Of a stretch of DNA of 64,000 nt, positions 1-9,863 are shown one piece after another. Each line of letters opens with the position of its first letter. The stretch's first letter is position 1. The notes beneath the pieces were generated by a model, which was not told the origin of the DNA, searched no databases, and saw only the letters and a list, made by a program, of their open reading frames with translations. Source of the stretch: an uncultured Gammaproteobacteria bacterium (GTDB lineage Bacteria; Patescibacteriota; Patescibacteriia; 2-01-FULL-39-33); the NCBI GenBank assembly GCA_964536975.1, contig CAZHYS010000001.1:34329-98328 (forward strand). The letters run 5' to 3'. The translations under genes and the position numbers were made by a program.

Positions 1-40
1 CTTGGGAAAAGCGGGCTCAAGATATTTTAAATTTGCTCAA

Positions 41-2908
41 ATGATCAAAAAATATTTTTATTCTTTGCGGAGGATATTTTATCGCTTGCCGTTGGCTTGG
101 CGTTTTGTTTTGGTCGCAGCCGTTTTGGCGGTTTTCTTAGTTTTTAGCCAGTTTTCTTTAGTTTTGGTTCGTGACGGAAAAATGGCTGCCATCAGGACGC
201 CGCTGGGACGGGCGCTTTTGACGCCCTATCACGCCGTAAAGAAGATTCCGGATCTTTGGTATGTTTTTTATTTTTTCAAGCATAGCGACTTGCCGGTCTA
301 CGAGCTGACAATAGATTCCAAAGATTTGAAGTTTTTAAATGAAAATTTGCCGGAAGCTTACGCCGAAGGCAGCCGGCTCACCGAAGAATACCGCCAGCCG
401 GTATCGGCGGTTTTCAGCTATCAGGGCAAGGAGTACAAAGTGAAAGTCAATTATCGCGGTTATGTCGGCAATCATTGGGCCAATCCCAAAAAATCCTGGG
501 ACATTGATTTTAAGAAAGGCAATTCCTTCAATGGTTTGGACGGCCTCAAATTGATTATCCCGGAAGATCGGGGAATTGTTTTGGAATATCTCAATCATTA
601 TCGGGCGAAGAAAATGGGGCTTTATCCGCTTCAGAGTTATTTTGCGGTATTAAAGGTGAACGGCCGCAACAATGGCGTTTATTTTGTCAATGAGCCTTGG
701 GATAAGGAATATTTGGCGAAGTATGAATTGTTGGATGAAACTGACATGTTTGCTTATGATGACAATTGGGAAAGAACGGATCGGGAGTTTGATTCTTTTG
801 AACAATTGGCGCTCTACGAAAAGCAAGCTGACAATCCTTTTGATCCATTTTCCAGTTTTTCGCCGCTGGACAAATTTTTTGATTTGGTTAATAACCGGCC
901 GGCGGATGTCTTTGCCAAAGAAATAGTAAAAATCGTGGATCTTGACAGTTTTTTGAATTGGCAAGCGATGCACATTTTGGGCAACAGCCCGCACAATGTT
1001 TATCGGAATATCAGATTTTTTGTTAATCGCGAGACCGGCAAACTGGTTTTTGTCCCCTGGGATGTCAATATCGTTGACCCGGATTCCGGACTGGAAAAAG
1101 TTACCAGTGATTTTTACGGCAAAATGATGCTGGTTGATGACTTCGCCTTTAAGCGGAATAAGATTTTATGGAATTATGTCAGCGCTGAAAATAATTTGGC
1201 CGATGATTTGAAATATTATGACGAGGCTTTTAAAGAGATTAAGCCGGCTCTCGCTCGGGATCGGCTGAAAGTGGAAAGCACCTGGTGGTTTTTTCGGAGT
1301 TATCGCGAAATCAGAGAACAGCTAATCGCTAATTTTGAAAATGTTAAAAATATTTTGAGCGATGCCCGGGCGGCGGCGGTTGTGTATTGGCAAAACGGCG
1401 CGCCGGTTTATTTTGATGTTGCCAATGACAAGGCGCCGGAAATTTCGTTAAAAACGGTGGCGCTGGAAGGCGTTAACCAGCCGATTAGTTTCGAAATTTA
1501 CGCCGACACCAACAGCGACGGCCTCTTTGACGCCGGTGATAAGATGTTGAAGGCTTCCGCTATAACCGAAGATAATAAATCCGCTGTTGAGCTGGCCGAT
1601 CAGATTATAAGCGCCAAGAGAACAATCAACCAATCCAATCAAGCGGGAGTTTGGGACACGATTGCTTATTCGCCAGGCAGCCGCCGATTTTTTATCAAAA
1701 TAAAAGATGCCGGTGAAATCAAAGATTTGAAGATAGAGCTGGCCAACGCGCTGTCCGGCGCCAAGGTTGAGCCGAAGGTTCAAAATATCAACAATGACAG
1801 CTATCAATATCTCTCTCTGATTGATCAGTCAGTGGCTGATTTTATCAGTCAGAATTATTCTTTTCAAAAAACCGGCGAGAATGAGCTACTGCTGCCCGCC
1901 GGCAATTATGTTTTTATCAGGGATGTAATCATTCCTCAAAAGACGAGGCTTACCATTGCCGCCGGCGCCAAAATTAATTTGGGTTCGGGCGTGTCTATCA
2001 TCAGCTACAGCCCGGTGAAAATTGCCGGCCGGCCGGAATCGCCGGTAATTTTTGACGCGATTGATCCGGATGCCCCTTGGGGAAGCTTCGGCATCAGCGA
2101 GGCGCCGCAAGAAAGCGAGATCAATTACGCGATTTTTAAGAATGGCCGTGACGACCACATCAATGGCGTTTATTACAGCGGCATGGTATCAATTTATCTT
2201 TCGGACGTGGTGGTTGTCGGCTGCCAATTTTCCGGCGCCAACGCCGACGATGCCATTAATTTTAAAAAGAGCAAAGTGCGTGTCGTCAAGTCAGTCTTTT
2301 CCGACAACAGCGCCGACGCGATTGATTTTGATTACATCAAAGACGGGTCGGTTTCGGAAAGCGAATTTTTTAGAAACGGCAATGATGCCATTGATTTGAG
2401 CGGCTCATCCGTGCGGATAGAAAATAATTATATTGAAAAATCCGGCGATAAATGCATCAGCATCGGCGAACAATCCATTGGTCCGGTTATTTATAATAAT
2501 ATTTTAAACGGTTGCAACATCGGCATTGAAGTTAAAGACGGTTCGGAAGTTTTCGCCAGCAATAACGTCATTGTAAATAATAGCATCGGCATCAACGGTT
2601 ATCGCAAAAAAGCGATTTTCCCTAATGGTTTTATTCAAGTTTACAACACCATCGTTTGGGGTAACAAGGAGTTGACCAAGGCCGACGATACCATTGCTAT
2701 TGATTTTTTTAATTCCGATTTGAGCCAAACCGATGGCCAAAATGGCAATTTTAGCGCTGAACCGCCTTTTGGCAACCCAAGCCGGAAAGACTTTACAATT
2801 AGGGCCGAAAATGGTAATATTTTATTTGCCAGCGGCGGCGAAGTTTCTATTCTTAAAGAAAAATTAGGCCTAGAGCAGAACCAAGCCCCGGTCGGTTTAA
2901 ACAGGTAA
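41..2908 (+). CDS. CotH kinase-like protein with N-terminal membrane anchor and C-terminal right-handed beta-helix (pectin-lyase-like) repeats; ORF is open to window edge (pos 2), ATG at 41 is first in-frame Met
   Basis: N-terminal hydrophobic anchor (LAWRFVLVAAVLAVFLVF); central region resembles CotH family (spore-coat-protein-H-like atypical kinase); C-terminal third has repeated NxxIxxNxxGI / GCNIGIEV / NNSIGINGY parallel beta-helix repeats. Confidence 0.6.
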   Translation: MIKKYFYSLRRIFYRLPLAWRFVLVAAVLAVFLVFSQFSLVLVRDGKMAAIRTPLGRALLTPYHAVKKIPDLWYVFYFFKHSDLPVYELTIDSKDLKFLNENLPEAYAEGSRLTEEYRQPVSAVFSYQGKEYKVKVNYRGYVGNHWANPKKSWDIDFKKGNSFNGLDGLKLIIPEDRGIVLEYLNHYRAKKMGLYPLQSYFAVLKVNGRNNGVYFVNEPWDKEYLAKYELLDETDMFAYDDNWERTDREFDSFEQLALYEKQADNPFDPFSSFSPLDKFFDLVNNRPADVFAKEIVKIVDLDSFLNWQAMHILGNSPHNVYRNIRFFVNRETGKLVFVPWDVNIVDPDSGLEKVTSDFYGKMMLVDDFAFKRNKILWNYVSAENNLADDLKYYDEAFKEIKPALARDRLKVESTWWFFRSYREIREQLIANFENVKNILSDARAAAVVYWQNGAPVYFDVANDKAPEISLKTVALEGVNQPISFEIYADTNSDGLFDAGDKMLKASAITEDNKSAVELADQIISAKRTINQSNQAGVWDTIAYSPGSRRFFIKIKDAGEIKDLKIELANALSGAKVEPKVQNINNDSYQYLSLIDQSVADFISQNYSFQKTGENELLLPAGNYVFIRDVIIPQKTRLTIAAGAKINLGSGVSIISYSPVKIAGRPESPVIFDAIDPDAPWGSFGISEAPQESEINYAIFKNGRDDHINGVYYSGMVSIYLSDVVVVGCQFSGANADDAINFKKSKVRVVKSVFSDNSADAIDFDYIKDGSVSESEFFRNGNDAIDLSGSSVRIENNYIEKSGDKCISIGEQSIGPVIYNNILNGCNIGIEVKDGSEVFASNNVIVNNSIGINGYRKKAIFPNGFIQVYNTIVWGNKELTKADDTIAIDFFNSDLSQTDGQNGNFSAEPPFGNPSRKDFTIRAENGNILFASGGEVSILKEKLGLEQNQAPVGLNR

Positions 2909-2911
2909 TTT

Positions 2912-3664
2912 ATGGCTAAACCCACCCTTCATTTTCAGCGTTACGAATTTAAATATTTTTTGCCCAAAAGCAAGGCCGACAAGATTATTCCCGCTCTTCT
3001 TAGCTATATGGAATGGGATCCCTACATCAAGGGCTCGGGTAGGGATTATTATCCGGTTTTGTCGCTTTATTTTGACAGTCCGGATTTTGGCTGTTTTTGG
3101 GACAAAGAAAGCGGCATTGCTGACAGGAAAAAGCTGCGTTTTCGTTTTTATCAGCAGGAGGTCGAAGGAGCCCCGATTTTTTTGGAGATAAAAAGGAAAA
3201 AAGACGCTTTGATAATCAAGGATCGGATAAAAATAGAGCCGGCTGATTGTGATGGGAATAAACTGGATGATAAATTAAGAACGCTTTTTTCGGCGGATCC
3301 GGACAATGATTTTTTGCGGGAGCTTATTTGGTTCAAGCGGCGCAATGTCCTGCGGCCAAAGATTTTTGTTTCTTATAACCGTAAAGCGCTGGTGGGCAAG
3401 ATAGACAAAAAGTTTCGCGTTACCTTTGATTATGATATCAAAGCGGCCGTTTCCAAGAGCATAAATTACGACGGCCGTTTGCGGGAAATTTATCCTGATG
3501 GCGTAGTATTGGAAGTGAAGTATAATAATGTTTTGCCTTTTTGGTTTCAGGAAATTATTCAGAAGTACCAGCTGGAGCGTTTGGCTTTTTCCAAATATTG
3601 CAATGCGGTGCGGCGCTTAGTGCCGGACTTTGATGATAATAATTATTCTCTAAAATTAAAATAA
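2912..3664 (+). CDS. VTC-domain (polyphosphate polymerase / CYTH-like) protein
   Basis: About 250 aa soluble protein immediately after CotH; 'FQRYEFKYFL', 'RFRFY', 'LEIKRK' pattern typical of bacterial VTC-domain proteins that co-occur with CotH and DUF4956. Confidence 0.55.
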   Translation: MAKPTLHFQRYEFKYFLPKSKADKIIPALLSYMEWDPYIKGSGRDYYPVLSLYFDSPDFGCFWDKESGIADRKKLRFRFYQQEVEGAPIFLEIKRKKDALIIKDRIKIEPADCDGNKLDDKLRTLFSADPDNDFLRELIWFKRRNVLRPKIFVSYNRKALVGKIDKKFRVTFDYDIKAAVSKSINYDGRLREIYPDGVVLEVKYNNVLPFWFQEIIQKYQLERLAFSKYCNAVRRLVPDFDDNNYSLKLK

Positions 3665-3676
3665 ATACCTAAAACT

Positions 3677-4363
3677 ATGATCTCCGATCTATTTAATCTG
3701 TCTTTTGGATCGCACACCCTAAATTGGCAGGCCATTATCGGCAGCATTGTTTTGTCATTCGTTCTTTCTTTGATCGTTGCCATCGCCTACAAGAATACCC
3801 ATCGGGGCCTTTCTTATTCGCAGTCTTTTACCACGGCGTTGATTTTCATCGGTACCTTGGTGGCGATTATAATTATGGTTATCGGCAATAGCTTGGCTGC
3901 CGCTTTTGGCGCTTTCGGCGTGTTTTCCATGGTTCGTTTTCGGACGGCGATCAAAGATACTAAGGATGTTGTTTTTATTTTACTGGTGGTCGCGATCGGC
4001 CTGGCGGTCGGAACAATGAATTATTTTATTGCCATTGTCGCCACGCTATTTTCCATCGGCGCGATTTATGCCTTATCCAGGCTGAATTTTGGTTCAATTA
4101 GAAAGTATGATTTTGTCTTGACTTTTACCGCCGAAGTCAGTAATTTTTCCAATGATAAAATGCGGGAAGTTTTTAATCAGTATCTTAAGAGTGATAATTT
4201 GTTGAATGTGACCGCCAAAGAAGGCGGACGGTTTATTGATTACGGCTTCAATGTCAAATTCATCAAGACTGACGAGATGCAAAAATTTGTTGCCGCCTTA
4301 AGTCAAATTCCGGGTGTGAGCGACTTGGAGGTGATTAGCGCCAAAAATGATATTGAATATTAA
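3677..4363 (+). CDS. DUF4956-like integral membrane protein
   Basis: Four predicted TM helices then a soluble C-terminal domain; conserved CotH-VTC-DUF4956 gene order. Confidence 0.5.
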   Translation: MISDLFNLSFGSHTLNWQAIIGSIVLSFVLSLIVAIAYKNTHRGLSYSQSFTTALIFIGTLVAIIIMVIGNSLAAAFGAFGVFSMVRFRTAIKDTKDVVFILLVVAIGLAVGTMNYFIAIVATLFSIGAIYALSRLNFGSIRKYDFVLTFTAEVSNFSNDKMREVFNQYLKSDNLLNVTAKEGGRFIDYGFNVKFIKTDEMQKFVAALSQIPGVSDLEVISAKNDIEY

Positions 4364-6296
4364 AATGGCTTTTTTGAAAAATATATATTTCCGGTTGGTC
4401 TCTCTTTTTTTCCGTCTTGGCGCCCATAAGCGTCTGCCCGTTTTGCTTTATCATTCAATTGCTGATGACGGCGGCCGTCTTTCTATGAGCGCGGCGGAAT
4501 TTGAGAAGCAGCTGGCTTGGCTCAAGGCAAACGGCTATCAGTCCGTCTTGCCGGATCAAGTGGATGGATTTTTGCAGTCCAAAAAAATTCCCGCTCGTCG
4601 AGTGGTGATTTCTTTTGATGACGGCTTCAAGGATAATTATCACACGGCCTTGCCCCTTTTGGAAAAATACGGGTTTAGAGCCGCTTTTTTTATCGCCGCC
4701 AAATTCGTCGGCGGCAAAGCGGATTATTGCCGGGATTCTCTTGACCGAAACAGGCCGATGATGAGCGCGGAAGAAATAAAGGATTTAAAAGCGCGCGGAC
4801 ATTTTGTCGGCAATCATTTCTATTCCCATCGCAATTTAAGCGAGCTGGCTGCCGCGGAAGTTGCCGCCGAATTTGAAGCGGGGGAGAATTTTTTATCAAA
4901 CTTATTATCAGCCGGAGAAGCGGCCAAGTTTGTCGCTTATCCGCGCAATCGCCTTAATGATACGGTGCTGGCAGTAATGAAAGAGCGGGGGGTGAGGCTC
5001 GCTTTCGCCGGCCAGCCGGGGCTGGTAGACAAAAATTCCTCGTCTCTGATGTTGCCCAGGATTGAACCTGGATCCGGTAAGCCATTGGCTGTTTTCAAAG
5101 CCGAGTTGGCCCCAGGCCATTATTGGTTGAAAAATATTTTTAATTTTTTCAGGAAAAATTTCGGCCGGGGCGGGTTTTATTTTTTTTCTATTCTGGTTTT
5201 TCTTAGAATTATATTTTTGTTTATTTCCTTGGCCGGTTGGCCGGCCGGAACCGGCTTAGCCGATTCGTGGTGGACGACCTATGGCGGCGATGAACTGGGC
5301 TATTATAATTCCGCCGCCGCCCTTTTGCGGGGGGAATTCTTGCCCAAAGCGCATCCCTTGGGTTACCCTCTTTTTTTGGCGCCCTTCATAAAATTTTTCA
5401 ATTTCGATTCCTTCCTGGCGCTTTCTTCCTTCAATGTGTTTTTTGGCGGAGTCATTTTGTCTGTTTTGGCTGCCGGCCTGGTTTACTTATTGGGTTTAAG
5501 GATTTTGAAAAATAAATTTTCAGCTTATTTGCTTTCCCTGTTATTCTGTATTTATCCTTATTTTTTCTTTTTTATCTTCAAGGTGTTTTCCGGCCACGAC
5601 GCGGTTATGAACCAATTTGTCAGCAGTCGTTTCGGCCAGTTGATGTTTTATTTCGTCGCCTCTGACCCTTGGTCTCTTATTTTAATGTTGATTTCTCTGC
5701 TTTGGTTCCTGGATATCTTTAAAAATAAGAAAGAAGCGGGAAATTTCGGCCTGGGGTTTGTTTCTTCCTGGGCGGCGATTTCCAGGATTCAAAACGCCGC
5801 TATTTTGCCTTTATATTTTTTATTTTTTATTCTTGCCAAAAGGTATCGATCCGCGGCCGTATTTTTTGCCGGTTCTTTGCCGCTATTGTTTTTTCAAGCC
5901 TGGGCGAACCTGGCCGGACAGGGGTCATTATGGAGCACCGTCTACGGCCTCAAAAAGGGCTCTGATTTGTCAATCCCAATGATTAGTTGGTTTTATCCCC
6001 TAAGAGTGATAAAATACCCCTTAGACCATGGGCCGCTCCTGTTGGTAATTTTAGTGGTTTTTTTAGCTCTGATTTTTTTGGGCGGTCGCCGGTTGATAAA
6101 AAGAGACCGTTTATCCGGGTGGATTATTATTGCTTATCTTTTATCTAATTCCATTCCCTTATTGCTTTTGGAGCCGACCATGAGGAACCCCCGTTATTTT
6201 TTACCGGTGATTCCGGTGGTTTTTCTTCTGTTGTTTGTCGGTTTGGAAAATTTATCAATATTTTTAAAAGAAAAAATATGGCTGACAAAAAAATAA
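4347..6296 (+). CDS. Polysaccharide deacetylase (NodB homology) domain fused to a multi-pass GT-C/ArnT/PMT-like membrane domain
   Basis: N-terminus 'VVISFDDGFKDNYHTALPLLEKYGFRAAFF', 'HFYSHRNL' (NodB motifs); C-terminal 400 aa has at least 9 hydrophobic helices, Phe/Leu-rich. Confidence 0.65.
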   Translation: MILNIKMAFLKNIYFRLVSLFFRLGAHKRLPVLLYHSIADDGGRLSMSAAEFEKQLAWLKANGYQSVLPDQVDGFLQSKKIPARRVVISFDDGFKDNYHTALPLLEKYGFRAAFFIAAKFVGGKADYCRDSLDRNRPMMSAEEIKDLKARGHFVGNHFYSHRNLSELAAAEVAAEFEAGENFLSNLLSAGEAAKFVAYPRNRLNDTVLAVMKERGVRLAFAGQPGLVDKNSSSLMLPRIEPGSGKPLAVFKAELAPGHYWLKNIFNFFRKNFGRGGFYFFSILVFLRIIFLFISLAGWPAGTGLADSWWTTYGGDELGYYNSAAALLRGEFLPKAHPLGYPLFLAPFIKFFNFDSFLALSSFNVFFGGVILSVLAAGLVYLLGLRILKNKFSAYLLSLLFCIYPYFFFFIFKVFSGHDAVMNQFVSSRFGQLMFYFVASDPWSLILMLISLLWFLDIFKNKKEAGNFGLGFVSSWAAISRIQNAAILPLYFLFFILAKRYRSAAVFFAGSLPLLFFQAWANLAGQGSLWSTVYGLKKGSDLSIPMISWFYPLRVIKYPLDHGPLLLVILVVFLALIFLGGRRLIKRDRLSGWIIIAYLLSNSIPLLLLEPTMRNPRYFLPVIPVVFLLLFVGLENLSIFLKEKIWLTKK

Positions 6297-7162
6297 AATT
6301 CAGTGTCATTATTCCGGTTTTTAATGAGAGTGAGATAATCGGCCGCGTCATTGGCGAGCTGGGTTCTTTTTTGGAGAGTAATTATTCGGGGGATTACGAA
6401 ATTATCGCCGTCAACGACGGTTCGCGCGACGAATCATTGATGGTCTTGGAAAAGATAACTGCCTCTAATTTTTATTTTTTGAACAACATCTACAATAAAG
6501 GCTATGGCTCGTCCTTGAAGCGGGGCGCCAAGGAGGCGAGGGGTGAATGGCTGGTTTTTTATGACGGTGACGGCCAGCACACTCCCTTGGAATTGAAAAA
6601 ATTGCTTGATAATCTTGATAACTGCGATATGGCCGTCGGGGCGCGGAAGAAATACAATGGCCCGAAGTGGCGTCAGCCGGGAAAAAGGTTTATCTCCGCT
6701 TTGTCCAACTATTTGGTGAAATTCAAAATCCCGGATATTAATTCCGGCTTGCGGGTTGTCCGTAAGGAATGTTTTGACCGTTTTTCCCATCTTTATCCCA
6801 AAGGATTTTCTTTGAGCACGACCATCACCCTGGCCTTTCTGAAAGAGGGTTATACGGTTAAATATATTCCTGTTAATGTTGAAAGCCGGGTGGGGAAGAG
6901 TTCGGTGAAAATCGCCGACGGGTTTAATACGGTCAACTTAATCGTCAAATTGATAATGCTTTTTGCCCCATTAAGGATTTTTTTTCCCGCTTTTGTCGTT
7001 GTTTTTATCCTGTGCCTGGTCTCTTTATTTGTTGATTTGTTTGTTTACAGCTTTAATTTGAGCGAAAGCACGCTCATTCTTTTACTTAGCTCGATTTTGT
7101 TTTTATTTCTAGGTTTGATCGCCGATCAAATCGCCTCGCTCCGGCGGGAAATTAAGTCATAA
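6278..7162 (+). CDS. GT2 glycosyltransferase, polyprenyl-phosphate sugar synthase type (DPM1/ArnC/GtrB-like) with C-terminal TM helices
   Basis: 'FSVIIPVFNESEII...YEIIAVNDGSRDES', 'FYDGDGQH' DxD region, two C-terminal TM helices. Confidence 0.75.
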   Translation: MADKKIKFSVIIPVFNESEIIGRVIGELGSFLESNYSGDYEIIAVNDGSRDESLMVLEKITASNFYFLNNIYNKGYGSSLKRGAKEARGEWLVFYDGDGQHTPLELKKLLDNLDNCDMAVGARKKYNGPKWRQPGKRFISALSNYLVKFKIPDINSGLRVVRKECFDRFSHLYPKGFSLSTTITLAFLKEGYTVKYIPVNVESRVGKSSVKIADGFNTVNLIVKLIMLFAPLRIFFPAFVVVFILCLVSLFVDLFVYSFNLSESTLILLLSSILFLFLGLIADQIASLRREIKS

Positions 7163-7189
7163 CCGTCGCAGAAAGAATAAATTTAGCTT

Positions 7190-8911
7190 ATGAAAATTTT
7201 AGGCATTCACAATGGTCATGACGCCGGCGCCGCCCTGATTGAAGACGGCCGAGTTTTGGCGGCGGTCAACGAAGAGCGGATGAACCGGAAAAAGATGTAT
7301 TGGGGCGATCCGGTCTTGGCGATTGAAGAAGTTTTGCGGATTTCCAAAGTTAATCCGAAAGATATTGATTTTGTCGCTGTTTCCGGCATTACCAAGGGGG
7401 GCGGAATCAGCCCTGAGTTTGATCGAGTCAAGCCGATTAAAAAACTCGCCGACTATCTTTCTTTCATTCCATTTTTTAGAGGCCACTTGATAAAAAATAT
7501 TTATTGCTTTATTTTTTCCCGCCTAAGGAATGAAAAAAGCTTAACGGTGATAATCAGGGAAAAAATAAATTCTTCAGCGCCGTTGGAGTTTATTGAACAT
7601 CATGAGAGCCATGCCGCCGGAGCTTATTATTTTTCTCAATTCGGCGATAAACCGGAAGAAGATATTTTGATCGTTACGGTTGATTCGGCCGGCGACGGAT
7701 TATGTGCCACCATTTCGGTCGTGGAAAACGGACTAGTCAAGAGAAAAAATGAAACGGTTTTTTTCCATTCTCCGGGAGCGATTTATTCTTATGTCACGCA
7801 TAATCTTGGCTTCAAATATGGCCGGCATGAGGGGAAGATAACCGGCTTGGCCGCTTATGGCGATTCGGCTAAAACAGTCGGCATTTTCAGGAATATCTTA
7901 TCAGTGGATAAGGAAAAATTGGAATTTCGTTCGCGATTGGGGTGCTGGGGGAGACCCGGAGCGAGACGGCTCCATCTTTTGATGCAAGCGAAGAAGCGGG
8001 AAGATATCGCGGCCGGCGTTCAGAAAATAATTGAAGAGGTGACGGCCGATTTGGTTGAGGCGGCGGCCAATCGTTATAATAAAAAATTTGTTTGCTTAGC
8101 CGGCGGATTATTCGCCAATGTCAAGCTCAATCAGCGGATTTTGGAAATACCGAAAGTGAAAGATATTTATATCCATCAAAATATGGGCGATGGCGGCCAG
8201 GCGTTGGGCGCGGCTGTTTCCCTTTATGCCAAAAATAAAAATGGAATAAAACCGCTGGCCCTGAGCCATGTATATTTGGGCTCTGATTATGGCGACAGCG
8301 CGATCGTTGAGGCGCTTCAGGCCAGCAGTTTGGTTTTCAAAAAAGCGGATGACATTCATCGTCAAGTAGCGGAATTGCTAGCGGCGGGAAAAATTGTTGC
8401 CCGTTTTGCCGGCGCGATGGAGTATGGCCCGCGAGCGCTGGGCCATCGCAGCATTCTTTATCAAACCAGCGACAAGACAGTCAATGATTGGCTTAATAAG
8501 AAGTTAAAGAGAACGGAGTTTATGCCCTTCGCCCCGATTATTTTAAGAGAACGGGCAAATGAATATTTTGAAAATTTTGATCAGGACTGCTCCCACGCCG
8601 CCGATTTTATGACCGTCACTTATAATGTTTCCAAACAATGCGACGCTGATTCCCCGGCTATTACCCATATTGATAAAACCGCCCGGCCGCAAACCGTTGA
8701 TGCTGAAAATAATCATGATTCTTATCGCATCCTGGAAGAATATGAAAGGTTGACGGGCAAGCCGATACTTATCAATACCAGTTTTAACATGCACGAGGAG
8801 CCGATTGTCCGGACGCCGTCAGAGGCGATAGAAGCTTTTAGGGCAAGCGGATTGGATGTCTTGGCCATTGGCGACTATTTGGTTCTCGCCGCTGAAAATA
8901 AAATAAAATAA
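7190..8911 (+). CDS. Carbamoyltransferase, NodU/CmcH/TobZ family
   Basis: N-terminus 'MKILGIHNGHDAGAALIEDGRVLAAVNEER' (Kae1/YgjD-like carbamoyltransferase N domain), about 570 aa, C-terminal carbamoyltransferase domain. Confidence 0.8.
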   Translation: MKILGIHNGHDAGAALIEDGRVLAAVNEERMNRKKMYWGDPVLAIEEVLRISKVNPKDIDFVAVSGITKGGGISPEFDRVKPIKKLADYLSFIPFFRGHLIKNIYCFIFSRLRNEKSLTVIIREKINSSAPLEFIEHHESHAAGAYYFSQFGDKPEEDILIVTVDSAGDGLCATISVVENGLVKRKNETVFFHSPGAIYSYVTHNLGFKYGRHEGKITGLAAYGDSAKTVGIFRNILSVDKEKLEFRSRLGCWGRPGARRLHLLMQAKKREDIAAGVQKIIEEVTADLVEAAANRYNKKFVCLAGGLFANVKLNQRILEIPKVKDIYIHQNMGDGGQALGAAVSLYAKNKNGIKPLALSHVYLGSDYGDSAIVEALQASSLVFKKADDIHRQVAELLAAGKIVARFAGAMEYGPRALGHRSILYQTSDKTVNDWLNKKLKRTEFMPFAPIILRERANEYFENFDQDCSHAADFMTVTYNVSKQCDADSPAITHIDKTARPQTVDAENNHDSYRILEEYERLTGKPILINTSFNMHEEPIVRTPSEAIEAFRASGLDVLAIGDYLVLAAENKIK

Positions 8912-9855
8912 TGGCTGGAAATTACAAAAAAATATTTTCTCAATTTTTTTCTTATTCCTTGGCGATTATTATTTTTTTAATCCTAGTCAGGATTGTTTGG
9001 CATGATTGGCAAGAGATAACCAACTATAGTTTTATCTTCAATCCATTTAATTTACTTTTTGCTTTAATTTTTGGAATACTCAATGTCTACGCCTTGGCCG
9101 CGCTGTGGCGTTACCTTTTTGGGATCGTTGAAAAGGGGACTGTCTTGAGCGGTTGGGCCGGTTTTCGTATTTTTTTCTATGCTTGGTTTTCCCGTTATTT
9201 ACCCGGCCGGTTCTGGGCTCCGCTAAGCAAAATTTATATCGGCGCCAAAGAGGGTGTAGGCAAAAAATCGCTTGGCCTTGCTTCTGTTTTGGAGCTTTTG
9301 CTCTCCACGGCCAGCCAATTTATCTTGGTCTGGATTATTCTGGTTTTTATTTTCCGCGATCGCTTTCCGATTTTTTATTATACCATCGCCTTCGTCGCCG
9401 GCATGATAGCGATGATTTTTCTGCTTCATCCTCGCGTCCTGTCCTCAATTATCAATTTCGGGTTGAAAAAAATAAAGAAGAATCAGATTGACGTAAAGAA
9501 TTTTCCCGGCTATGGCGGATTAGTCAAGGTGACGGCATTATATTTTCTGCCGAACTTTTTTGTGGCCCTGTCTTTTGTTTTTTTGGCTCGGTCATTTTAT
9601 GATTTTACTTTTTCCCAGTCTATTTTTATGGTTGCTTCTTTTATTTTGGCTAATTTTTTGTCAAAGGTGGCTTTTTTTGTGCCGGTCGGCATCGGAGTCA
9701 GGGAGGGGCTTCTGGTCGCCATCCTGCAATTTTTTCTTCCGCTTTCCCTGGCGACGATGGTTTCCCTTTTATCTCGGGTTTGGTTTATTGCCCTTGATTG
9801 CCTGATTCTTGGCGGTGTTTTCTTGGCAGATAGATATTTTGTTGTTAAAAAATAA
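8911..9855 (+). CDS. Flippase-like / lysylphosphatidylglycerol-synthase-TM-region family membrane protein
   Basis: 314 aa, about 8 TM helices, commonly partnered with DPM-like GT2 genes. Confidence 0.45.
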   Translation: MAGNYKKIFSQFFSYSLAIIIFLILVRIVWHDWQEITNYSFIFNPFNLLFALIFGILNVYALAALWRYLFGIVEKGTVLSGWAGFRIFFYAWFSRYLPGRFWAPLSKIYIGAKEGVGKKSLGLASVLELLLSTASQFILVWIILVFIFRDRFPIFYYTIAFVAGMIAMIFLLHPRVLSSIINFGLKKIKKNQIDVKNFPGYGGLVKVTALYFLPNFFVALSFVFLARSFYDFTFSQSIFMVASFILANFLSKVAFFVPVGIGVREGLLVAILQFFLPLSLATMVSLLSRVWFIALDCLILGGVFLADRYFVVKK

Positions 9856-9863
9856 TTTTAAAT

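Noticed and set aside
2-40. Extension of the first ORF to the window edge
   Set aside because: An in-frame ATG at 41 followed by a hydrophobic anchor is a natural start; the upstream 39 nt may be real coding sequence, but this cannot be judged without the upstream sequence.
9153-9491. 112-aa ORF in an alternative frame
   Set aside because: Fully nested in the membrane protein gene 8911..9855 in another frame; Arg/Cys-rich low-complexity.
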